Shown piece after piece: positions 10,720 to 20,000 of a stretch of DNA of 20,000 nt. The DNA lies in assembly GCA_048213135.1 (NCBI GenBank), contig PS015022.1:447959-467958 (forward strand), given 5' to 3'. The notes under the pieces are model-generated. The model ran no database searches. It was not told where the DNA came from and saw only the letters and a program-made list of their open reading frames with translations. Origin of the DNA: Reclinomonas americana ATCC 50394. Its lineage: Eukaryota. The first letter of the stretch is position 1; each line of letters begins with the position of its first letter. The position numbers and the translations under genes are program-made.

Positions 10720-12433
10720 ATGCGCCATGAGTTCCCCTCACTCCAACGACCGTTGCTTGTCGTGTTAGTGCTGGCCGTCCTCGTGTGTGCCATCGTGTTC
10801 TTTGTGGTCTCCTCTCGTGACACCTCCACAGTGCACTCGGAAGAACCTCGTCGACCTGTCGCATCCGTCGCAGCTCACGTTGCGTTCTTGCTGCTTCTCA
10901 AGCATGTGTGTGTACCTGAGGCCGACGACATGCACGTTGCAGAACTCGTGTTTCCATTTCACGCTCTCGTCGGTGGCCTCGTTGAGTGCCTTTGACAGTG
11001 GTGGCGGTCTGCTGGGGCACGGTGTGTGTCGCGAGCCTCTGCCACAGGCCATGACAAGCGCAGAGCGCGCAGTGTGCATTGATCGCCGAGCTGGGGCCTT
11101 GGCGAGTGAGCGAGAGGCAGGTGTGGTCGGGCTGACGCACACTGCCAGTGTCATGCTGACGCCGATGTTTGTGGCGGGGGGGCATGCGGAGGAGGTGCCG
11201 ATCGTGCGCTTTACGATGCTGGTGTGGCCGCCGTCTGTGGATCAGCACGTCAGTGGGTCGTTGTTGTCGGGCGCTGGCGCGTGGGATCCGACCACCTCCA
11301 TGTTCATGCAGTGGGTGCTGCGGAGTTGCGCTGCTGTTCTTGCCCCCCTTGTGCCCACCCGCGTGCTCACCTGCGTGAGGGCAGATGCTCCCGAAGGGGC
11401 GTTGGTGGTGGATGCTGGGGCGCATGTGGGCTACTTTGCGCTGCTGGCCACGCATGTTGCGCCGCGATCGACGCGCGTTCTTGCGGTGGAGGCCTCGTCG
11501 GCCAACTTGGCGCTCTTGCAGCGCAACATTGGTCTCGTGTGATTCTTTTGGAAGCACTTTCGGTATTGCTGGTGGCTGACCTTCTCACAGTGCGCAGCTC
11601 GCTGGCGTCGCGGGTGGTGGCCGTGCACGGGATTCTCAGCGATCAGTGCGCCGGACCCGAACAGATTCTCGTGCCGGCCGACAAGTCGGAAGCCAACATG
11701 GGCGCTGGTCATGTGGCGATTGCGCAGCACGGTGGCAGCAGCAGTGGTGGTGACGAAGGCGAGAGGTACCGCGCGCCTCCTTCTTTCACCTGCCGGCGCC
11801 TCTGCTCACTTGGTGCAGTGTTCCCGTGTTCACCGTCGATCAGCTGGTCGGCGACACCGACTACGTGTCCCTGCTAAAGGTGGACGTCGAAGGAAGTGAG
11901 GCGCAAGTTCTGCGAGGCGCCCTTTCGCTACTGCAGGCCGCCAGTCGACGTGCGCCGTTCTTGGCGTTGGAGGTGAGGAAAGGAAGCGAGCGATTGCACA
12001 CGAGTCTTGCCTTGAACGCCCCGTCGCAGATCTCGCCACGCAAATTGTGCGCGCGCGACTGCAGCGCCACCGAACTCGTGCGGCACTTGTTGTACAGCGG
12101 ATACCGCGTGTTTGAAATCGAGCGACTGTTCGAGGGAGAGGTGTGCGCGCGCTGCAGACTACCGTCGTCTCCCACCCCTCGTCTCACTTCCCCGCCCTGC
12201 AGGAACCTCAATCGCAGTATCGCGGCTACCCAGCACCAGCCTGCGTGCACCGCTGTACCGCCTGCCGACCTGTGGCCGAGGAGTACCGGTGGCACGAGAT
12301 CACCACGCACCGCATGACAGCGTGGATGCTGCGTGCTCGTGTCACCGCCTCCCTCGACATGTACGCCGTCGACGCCCGTCACCTCCCCGACGCCACCGAC
12401 TGGTGCACGCGCGCAGCCATCCATCAACGATAG
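10720..12433 (+). CDS. FkbM-family (Methyltransf_21) SAM-dependent methyltransferase with an N-terminal signal anchor; multi-exon
   Basis: N-terminal hydrophobic LLVVLVLAVLVCAIVFFVV. Motifs: VVDAGAHVGYFALLA (motif I), VLAVEASSANLALLQRNI, TVDQLVG..VSLLKVDVEGSEAQVLRGA, LALE|ISP, L..GYRVF. Stop TAG at 12431-12433. Confidence 0.85.
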
Positions 12434-12453
12434 AACCGGACAGGCTTCACTCA

Positions 12454-12943
12454 TCACGTGGTTCCCTGGCTGCTGGCAGCAGTCGATGCCGCCGACGACG
12501 ACTCAATGAGCTGCACTCTTCTCCGCAGCTCCGCGACCTCCTCTCGCACAGCCTGCACGGTCTCCGCCGTGCGCACTACAGTGCCCTGCATGTCCACCTG
12601 CTGCTGCTCCTCCAGCTCACGCGCCTCGCGTCGTCTCTACTCTCTCGCACGCGCAATGAGAGACAATGACAGCGAACAAGACAGGATGCCCGCTCAACTC
12701 TCTCCTCCTCGTGCATTCTCCGTCGCACACCCGACATGGTAATGACAATGAACAGCGCTGGCAAGCTGGCCACTGCCAGATTCCGCGCATGAAACCATCG
12801 ACGCGATCGCTGACACAACAATGTGAGCAACAAAGAGAGACAGACATGCGCGCGCGCGCGCAAACCGTTGACTGCAGCTGCTCAGCAACAGTGTTCCGAG
12901 AGGCAGTTGCGGGCTGGAAGAGCACCTCAAACTCCTTGCTCAT
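12454..12943 (-). CDS. Small (~120 aa) single-TM plus coiled-coil protein, 3 exons
   Basis: Splicing gives MSKEFEVLFQPATASRNTVAEQLQST|RSRRWFHARNLAVASLPALFIVITMSGVRRRMHEEER|RRREARELEEQQQVDMQG...VREEVAELRRRVQLIESS...QGTT*. It fills the space between the FkbM stop and the GTPase start. Confidence 0.55.
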
Positions 12944-13014
12944 GAGTGTGAGTAGAGAGTGAGAGTAAGGAGCGAGCATGTTTGTCTCCGTCGTGTGTGG
13001 ATGTGTGTTGCGAG

Positions 13015-15484
13015 ATGGGCAGTCAGCACTCTCGACTGAAGCCTGTGATTGGCGCCGCCAAGACCAGTGTTCTTGGGCTGGAAGGCTGCGGGAAGACGGC
13101 GCTCTTGCATCACCTTGTCACGTGCGGAAATACTCATTGTTCTCACACCAAACACACACGCAAGAGAGAGAGAGAGAGAGGAGGGAGAGAGACGACCAAG
13201 ACAGACGCATGCATACGTGTACACACGAGAGAGTGAACGTGTGTGCTTGTGAGTGTGTGAGTGAACGTGTGTGAGAGAGAGAGAGAGGGAGCCTGCTCAG
13301 CCTATGGCGTTGGTAAGGCGCGCCTTGTCATTCCGATCTCTCTCTCTCTCACTCTCTGTTTGCTTTGTTCAGTGATGAGTTTCTTGCACGACCATCGCGC
13401 GACTACTTTGTGGATGCCTTTCATAATCTGGGTCCGGTGCACAAGTTTCAGGGATCGTCTTCTTCGTCGGCATCGTCGTCGAGAAGGCCGATGAGTGGTG
13501 GTGCTGGTGGAGGTGGTTCTTCGTCGTCGGCGACTACGCAGCGGGATTTGGTGTTGCAGCTGCAGGTGGGTGGTGGAGGAGGGCGAGAGGGAGAGGGACG
13601 AAGAGGTTGTACATCTTTCTCACCTTTGCTTAGACAGTCTCCCTTTGCTACTCATCGCACAAAAGATAGAGACGAACAGGATGCAGGGCACGTTGCTTTC
13701 CCAGTCTCTCTTTTCTTCGCGTTGCGCTCTTCTCAAGCAGGATGCAGCTCACGCGAGAGAGAGAGAGAGACGAACAGGATATGTGCCCTTGCTTTCTCTT
13801 TTCCGTTCTCTCTCTTCGACTGCTCTGTTCATTCAGACGGCGTTGCACTCTTCTCCCTCTGCTTCTCGTCGCACAAAAGAGTACGTGCCTTTGCTTCCAC
13901 TCTTTCGTTCTCACTCTCACTGCGCCTGCTTTGCGTTATTCCTTGAGCAACGGCGTTGCTCTCTTCTCTTGTGTTCCACCCTTGGTGCTCGAGAGAGAGG
14001 TCTATCCTCTCTGCATCCACGCTTGCAAAGTAATCAAGAGCACCATCGCCCTTTCTCCTGCGTCTGCGCCGCACTACTCTTTGAGAGTGTTTTCGAGACG
14101 ATGTTGCGCTCTTCTCCCTTCTCTACTCATCGCACACGAGAAGAAAAGAGGAATAGGAAACGTGTTCTTTCTCTTGCGCACTCTCGCTCTCTCTCTCTCT
14201 CTCTCTCTCCTCGTCTACTTCGCTGCACTATTCCTTGATTGTGTGTTCGAGTCGATGTTGAGAGTTTCATTTTTTCCTCTCTGTGGTCTCCCCCAAACTC
14301 ACTTCCTCCCTCTTCCCCCCTCTTCCGTGTCGCAGGATACCTCAAGTTCTATACCCCGGCATGTGCTTCGCTTGTTTTCACATTTCGCTCCTTCTCACGT
14401 CGTAAGTGCAGACGTAGCAGACGTGACGACACTCAAGGCCAAGTGTACCGGCTCCAGTTGCATCCTCATATGCTTCAGCGTTGTTTCGTGCTGCGAGACC
14501 ATGGTTGCGATTGTTCGTTTCCGTCTCTCACTCACCTGCTTCTCGATACAGGAGGGTCACACGTCATACGAGTTTGTTCGCAAATGGGTGCGTGTTCTTC
14601 TGTACACGCGTGAGTTTGAGAAAGAGAGAGCGTCTCATGCACCCATGCAGCTCGGACCCAACACAAGGAAAACCTTTCCGCATGTGCCGGTGCTGCTAGT
14701 CGGCACCAAATGCGACCTGCGCGAAACTGTGGAGAACGAGGAGGTTCTCGTCACGCCAAAAGAGGTGCGCTCCTTTGCGTTTCTTCGCACAGTGCATGTA
14801 GGCTCACTTGCACTGTGCAGGCTCTGACACTCCGCGAGGACATTGGCGCGGTGGACTATGTCGAGTGCAGCGCGCTCACCGGACACAACGTGGCGTACGT
14901 TTTCCACCTTGCCGCGCAACTAATATGTCGACCGCCATTGAAGACTGGTTTGTGGGGAGTGAGAAAGAGTGTGCGCGCGCAAAGAAGCTTTTCTGCACAA
15001 AAAGAGTGATGGGTAGACACACATGGCAGGCACTTACATTGTCGTTCTCTGATGTCTCGCAGGGTTTGTGATCAAGGAGGGTCGGAATGTGAGGAACTGG
15101 AAAGGCCGCTATTTTTCCGTGGCGAACCGTGTGCTGCAGTACTACGCCGACGAGCAAGTTGCGTGCGGTTGCCTGACTCTGATAATGTGCGCTTCTCACC
15201 ACCGCGCAGATGACACTGCTCAAGGGCGAAATCGATCTCAGTCAGGCCACGGCCGTGATTGAGGAGTACGACGGGGAGAGATATCTTGCCACTCTCAACA
15301 TCCCCTCACAAGAACGCGTGTTCCGCATGTCGTTCCCGTCGGAGGCGGAGCGCAGCGAATGGGTGCAGGTTTTCAGATCGCAAATCTGTCAAGTCGAGGT
15401 GAGCTGATTATGGTGATTGTGGTTGATGATCGGGTTGCTTACCGTGGGCGCGCACAGACAAAGGCTCCCCTAGGGGGCGTGTAG
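13015..15484 (+). CDS. Atypical Rho-like small GTPase fused to a C-terminal PH domain, with an N-myristoylation motif; multi-exon
   Basis: Exon 13015-13121: MGSQHS...SVLGLEGCGKTALL (P-loop). Exon 13373-13565: DEF...FVDAF...LVLQLQ. From 14336: DTSS...CILICFSV. Exon 14552-14587: SYEFVRKW. Exon 14651-14764: PHVPVLLVGTKCDLR. Exon 14821-14947: IGAVDYVECSALTGHNVAYVF...PLKT. Exon 15063-15157: GFVIKEGRNVRNWKGRYF...LQYY. Exon 15210-15398: KGEIDL...ERSEWVQVF. Last exon 15458-15484 (or stop at 15407 if unspliced). Confidence 0.85.
13600..14300. repeat. Degenerate intronic repeats in the long GTPase intron (13566-14335)
   Basis: Recurrent gttgc(g/a)ctcttct and ctactcatcgcac elements, interspersed with (GA)n/(TC)n. 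Confidence 0.55.
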
Positions 15485-16032
15485 AGGCGAAAGTGTATGT
15501 GTGTATGCGTGTGTGTAAGGGTGATTGGTACAAGAGTTGTGCAATAGTTGGCTGCTGGTCGCACGGCGCGGAGTTGTTGTTCGCTTCTTTGTGTGATTAC
15601 ACTCGCGGAGCAACTGTCGAGAAAACGTCGACGCTGTCATCAAATCCTTACCCATGCAGTCCCCACGTCTATGGATCTTGCAGTCATACACTCATACGAA
15701 TGTTGTGCAAGACAACAAAGAAGGAGGGTGTTCCGCGCGATCTAGATTTAATTTTTCCTTTTTCGCCTCTGGCTCCACTCCCTCCTTTTTTTCTGTCGCC
15801 TCCAGTTGCTTGACTCTCTGTACGCACTCACGCTGTACGAGCTCCTCCCGTTTTTTTAATTACTTTCTTTCACACCCAGGGAGTTTGTGTTCAGTGACTT
15901 CGGAGATTCTCGGTCACGGGACACAATCACACACTGCACACGCACACGCAGAACGCATTCTCTTCTTGCGCTCCTCCCCCCTCCCTCTCCCTCTCTCTTT
16001 CCCTCTGCCTTCCTCTCCCTTCCCTTGCCCCA

Positions 16033-17106
16033 ATGGCCTCCGCCTACCACTTTCTGTCCATTCCAGAGTGGCAGGCCCACGGAGTGCACTCAGTCGCCTT
16101 CACTCCCGACGGTCAGCACGCTGTGAGTGGTGGCAGTGACTGCGCAGTGTGCGTGTGGTCGCTATCGACCGGGAAACAAGTGCGACGAATGGAGGGACAT
16201 ACTCATGTCGTGGTATCGGTCGCCGTCTCCTCCGACGGTCATCTCATCGCGAGTGGCAGTGAGGACTATACAGTACGAATCTGGTCACTGGCGAGCGGTG
16301 AAGAAGTGCGACGGTTGGAGGGACACAGTCGGACGGTTTATTCTGTCGCCATCGCGCCTGATGGTCAGCACATTGTGAGCGCGAGTCCGGAAGACCGTTC
16401 AGTGCGGGTGTGGTCTGCGGCGAGTGGCAAACAAGTGTACATACATACAATTATGGTGTGGGGCGTCGCCGTCACCCCCGATGGTCTGCACTTTGTGAGT
16501 GCTGACAACGACCGCACAGTGCGAGTGTGGTCACTGGCAAGTGGCAAGAGGGTGGGTCGATTTGAGGGCCACGCATCGTTGGTGGAATGCGTCGCCGTCT
16601 CTCTCGATGGTCAGTGCGTTGTGAGTGGGAGTTGGGACAGAACAGTGCGAGTGTGGTCGTTGACGAGCGGTGAGGAAGTGCGACAATTTGTGGGTCACAC
16701 AGACTGGGTAATAGCGGTCGCTTTCAATCCCGACAACCAGCACATTGTCAGTGGAAGCCGAGACAACACTGTGCGTGTGTGGTCGATGGCGAGCGGAGAG
16801 CAGGTGCGACGATTGGACGGGCACACGCGGTTGGTGGCTTCCATCGCTGTCACCGCCGATGGTCAGCGCATCCTGAGCGGGAGTGCGGACATGGCTGTGT
16901 GTGTGTGGTCGACGGCATGTGACCTCGCGCGCATCGACCTAGCCGAGGCGCGATCGGCGATGCACGCTGTCCGGGAGATGCAAGAAGGAGACGACGACGA
17001 GGCCGAGTTGAGATGCCTGCCGGAGATCGTGCTGCGATGCTTCATTGTCGAAGACGCGGCGGCTGTGCTTTTCCGCTGCTGCACGGACCCCGCGTTCTAT
17101 CTGTAA
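16033..17106 (+). CDS. Intronless WD40-repeat protein (7 repeats) with a ~60-aa helical C-terminal tail
   Basis: Continuous 357-aa ORF with seven GH..V.SVA..PDG..IVSGS.D.TVRVWS units. Confidence 0.95.
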   Translation: MASAYHFLSIPEWQAHGVHSVAFTPDGQHAVSGGSDCAVCVWSLSTGKQVRRMEGHTHVVVSVAVSSDGHLIASGSEDYTVRIWSLASGEEVRRLEGHSRTVYSVAIAPDGQHIVSASPEDRSVRVWSAASGKQVYIHTIMVWGVAVTPDGLHFVSADNDRTVRVWSLASGKRVGRFEGHASLVECVAVSLDGQCVVSGSWDRTVRVWSLTSGEEVRQFVGHTDWVIAVAFNPDNQHIVSGSRDNTVRVWSMASGEQVRRLDGHTRLVASIAVTADGQRILSGSADMAVCVWSTACDLARIDLAEARSAMHAVREMQEGDDDEAELRCLPEIVLRCFIVEDAAAVLFRCCTDPAFYL

Positions 17107-17667
17107 GCAGTCATGGTTGACTGCGTTGCAGATGGTGATCATCGATACGGTGAAGATCGCAGGTCTCGACTTGTTCGAAGCTCCACACACAAGACACCTG
17201 CTGCTTCCTCATGATTGGTGTTTACGTGTTTGTGTTGATTTTGGACTTGGTCATCAAGACAGCTTGCTAATAATAATAGAAACTTCACTGATCCATACAC
17301 AACAATGAGCATCTACTAGTTAGTGATCGCCAACAAGTCTCGTGTGCTTCCCTTCTACAACTAAAACTGTTTTAAGTGTGTTGTCGATGTTGAGAATAAA
17401 GCCCTATTCAGGACACACGGCCTCCAGGCCAGGAAGAAGACTTCGTCAGCTGTTTGTTGGTGAATGAATTTGTTGTTGTTTGATTTCGAATTCATTCAAC
17501 CGACGTCGCGATTGAGCAGTTTTTCTCTTCAACCCTCTACATACGAGCACGTTAACATCGCCGAGGAGCTCACCATCACAGCCCACGCAAGCGAGTCAGT
17601 TTTTCCACACCGTAGACCCAACTGTCCAATACGGTGCTCGCGCGGCGCCGTTTTAACCCATTCACGC

Positions 17668-19737
17668 ATGGCCGACGACGAGGCACAGGCATCATCTCCA
17701 CCACCACCACCCGACGCGGTGGACGGTGAAGAAACAGTGCCTGCTGAGGAACCAGAAGCGGAAGCAGGCGGAGAAGAGCCTCACGAGCAGGCAGAGGAAG
17801 ACAACGGGGATGGAGGTTCACACACTCTTTTGCACACACACATAGACACACACGCTCATCTCCTTTCTCTCACAGCAGCAGCAGCAGTGGCTGATGACAT
17901 TGTCGCCGAGGAAGACAACGCAGGTGCGACTTCACTCACTCACACACACACACTCACTCACTCACTCACCCTCTCACTCACACAGTCGGCGCCGATGAAA
18001 TGGAGTACTCTGTAGGCGGTGAAGGCGCTGCGCAGGCGGATGTAGGCGCCGAAGAAGGCGCGGATGAGCAACCACAAGACGCCGAGTCGCCACTTGCAGA
18101 GGAGGGAGGCATCGGTGGCGACGAGGAGGAAGAAGAAGATGATGATGAGCACTCGCCTCCGCCAGCGCCCGAGGATCTCGGCGGTGACTTGCGCCGAGGA
18201 CCGCGTGAGCCCGGAGATGAGGATGAGTCAGCGGTGGTGGGCGAGGCGCGATCGCCGGGCTCTGAAGGGGGCGCGGAGATGGAGAGCATTGATCGGCAGG
18301 TGGACGAGGATGATGGTGCGATGAGTCCGGGAGTGGAGGACTCGTCGAGTGAGCATCACCATCATCATGACTTTGGGGCGAATGCCGATATGACGGGCAG
18401 TGCGGAGGAGGGGGAGATGAGTGGCGATGTGTTGGGCGAGGATATGGGAGGTGAGGGTCTGAAAATGGCGAAGGGGAGAGGAGAGAGCAAGAAACGAACT
18501 TGCAGAAGCTTGTATCGTCTGTTGTGATGTGAGTGTGCGAGAGAGAGAGAGAGAGAGGAACAAAGAGGAGAGAGCAAGAAACGAACTTGCAGAGGCCTTA
18601 GTATGTGTGAGAGCGACAAAGAGGAATGGAGAAGAAGCGAAGTTGCAGAAGCCTTCCATCGTCTGTTGTGATATGAGAGAGAAAGAGGAATGGAGAAGAG
18701 AGAGAGAAAACGAACTTGCAGACGCCTTGTTCGTGTGTTGTCAGTGTGTGAGACAGAGGAATGGAGAGGAGAGAGCAAGAAAACGAACTTGCTGAAGCCT
18801 TGTATCGTGTGTGTGAGTGAGCGAGAGAAAGAGGAATGGAGAGAAAGCACGAAACGAATTTGCAGGAGCCTCGTGTCGTGTGTGAGACAGAGGAATGGAG
18901 AGGAGAGAGCAAGAAAACGAACTTGCTGAAGCCTTGTTTTGTGTGTAGTGTGTGAGTAGTAAGATACAGAGAGAAACAGGAGTGGAGAAGAGAGCACGAA
19001 ACGAACTTGCTGTAGCCTCTTTGTGTGTGCGTGTGTATCTCTCATCTGTGCAGTTCGCTCACCTCCGCGCTTCGCAGCCAATGTTCCACCCGACAAGATG
19101 GAGGTCAAGTTTGTGTCGGTTGTAGACGAGTTCGAGCATGTGCTGGTGCTGGATGAGACGGCCTATGTACACGTGGCGGTCTCGGCGATTCGCCGTGCGC
19201 TCAACCTGGATCACAGCGCCAGTGTTCAGCTGCAGTATCAAGGCGCGTGAATGTGATCAGTACTCGTTTGAAGAAGCGTGCAATAACGAATTGTGGTGGT
19301 GCAGGTCGCGAGCTGTCACCCGAGGAGCGGCTGTGTGATCTTGCGTCGGACGACGATTTCAGGCGGCGACACGTCGAGGTGGCCATGAATCTGCTGTTCG
19401 ACAGTCGCGAATCCATCTTCCCATGTGTACTGGAGGTGCCCATCTTTGGTGAGTTGATGCGCGCTCCCTGTCTCCGGGTACTCTGCTGTCGCTCAATCGC
19501 ATTCGTGCAGCCGACTCGGGCGAACAGTACATTGTCGAAGTGGAGGTGCAGCGTGATCAGCAGTTGAGTCTGTCTCTTGTGGTCTGGATTGTTGCATCGT
19601 GCGCTCATTGTTGTTCTCGTCGGCGTGACAGTCGCAAGCCATTCTTGGGTGGCTTCCGCAACAAGCGAAATGGCATCGAGTACCACCACGCCGTCACACA
19701 AACACCGCCACTTCCAAGACGACCGGAAGAGATTGCA
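17668..19737 (+). CDS. IQUB: IQ and ubiquitin-like domain-containing protein (IQUB/FAP253), 5' portion; continues beyond the window
   Basis: Long acidic N-terminus, then a ubiquitin-like segment (MEVKFVSV...IRRALNL...VQLQYQ|GRELSPEERLCDL), then YIVEVEVQRDQ|HRKPFLGGFRNKRNGIEYHHAVTQTP. The last motif matches the IQUB signature KPFLGGFRHKxTGxEYHxAxTQT as recalled. Confidence 0.88.
18470..19030. repeat. Intronic ~60-bp minisatellite, about 9 degenerate copies
   Basis: Unit gaggaatggagaggagagagcaagaaa(a)cgaacttgc(a/t)gaagccttg...gtgtga. The cgaacttgc-like core recurs at ~18495, 18582, 18638, 18711, 18784, 18855, 18918 and 19002. Confidence 0.9.
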
Positions 19738-19784
19738 GTTGCGCGTGGTTCTTGCGCATTGGGCGTGACCAACTCGCGCGCCCT

Positions 19785-20000
19785 GTTCCTTCCCCCACCG
19801 CTTTCCCTTCCCCCGCTTTCCCTTCCCCCTCTTCCTTGCCATTTTTCCTCGCTTTCTTTCCCGTCCCCCTCTTTCCCCGCTTTCCCTTCCCCCTCTTCCT
19901 CTTTCTCCTTCTCCTTCCCCCCTTCTCCTTCCCCCCTTCTCCTTCCCTCCTTCTCTTTCCCCTTCTCCCTCCCCCTTCTCCTTCCCCCCCTTCTCCTTCC
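19785..20000. repeat. Polypyrimidine low-complexity tract (ccttctccttcccc units), probably within an IQUB intron
   Basis: Almost purely C/T, following a GTTGCG donor at ~19738. Confidence 0.85.

Noticed and set aside
13495-14335. Long L/S/F-rich ORFs (247 aa; first half of the 361-aa ORF)
   Set aside because: They lie in the GTPase intron between LVLQLQ and DTSS; low-complexity read-through.
18470-19030. Regularly spaced repeats resembling a CRISPR array
   Set aside because: The repeats are degenerate, the 'spacers' resemble each other, the context is a eukaryotic intron and there are no cas genes; this is a minisatellite.
1-20000. Functional gene cluster or operon-like system
   Set aside because: The inferred functions (nuclear basket, ssDNA binding, methylation, signalling, flagellum) are unrelated and orientations are mixed; close spacing reflects genome compaction.

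Overview
Compact, intron-rich eukaryotic (protist-like) genomic DNA with two assembly N-gaps. The raw ORF track is mostly misleading because nearly all genes are split by short spliceosomal introns. Manual splicing gives about nine genes. (1) A tentative 3' end of a + gene at 1-474. (2) A ZC3HC1/NIPA/Pml39-like nuclear-basket zinc-finger gene (- strand). (3) A large unknown protein with three tandem ~200-aa CxxC domains that share the same exon layout. (4) A single RPA70C/DDIAS-like OB-fold zinc-ribbon protein with a disordered tail. (5) A membrane-anchored FkbM-type methyltransferase. (6) A small TM + coiled-coil protein (- strand). (7) An atypical, probably N-myristoylated Rho-like GTPase with degenerate switch motifs, fused to a C-terminal PH domain and lacking CAAX. 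(8) An intronless 7-repeat WD40 gene. (9) The 5' part of IQUB (flagellar radial-spoke protein). The best leads are the Rho-PH fusion and the triplicated unknown CxxC domain. All gene models come from reading the sequence by eye; family calls rest on recalled motifs, not database searches.
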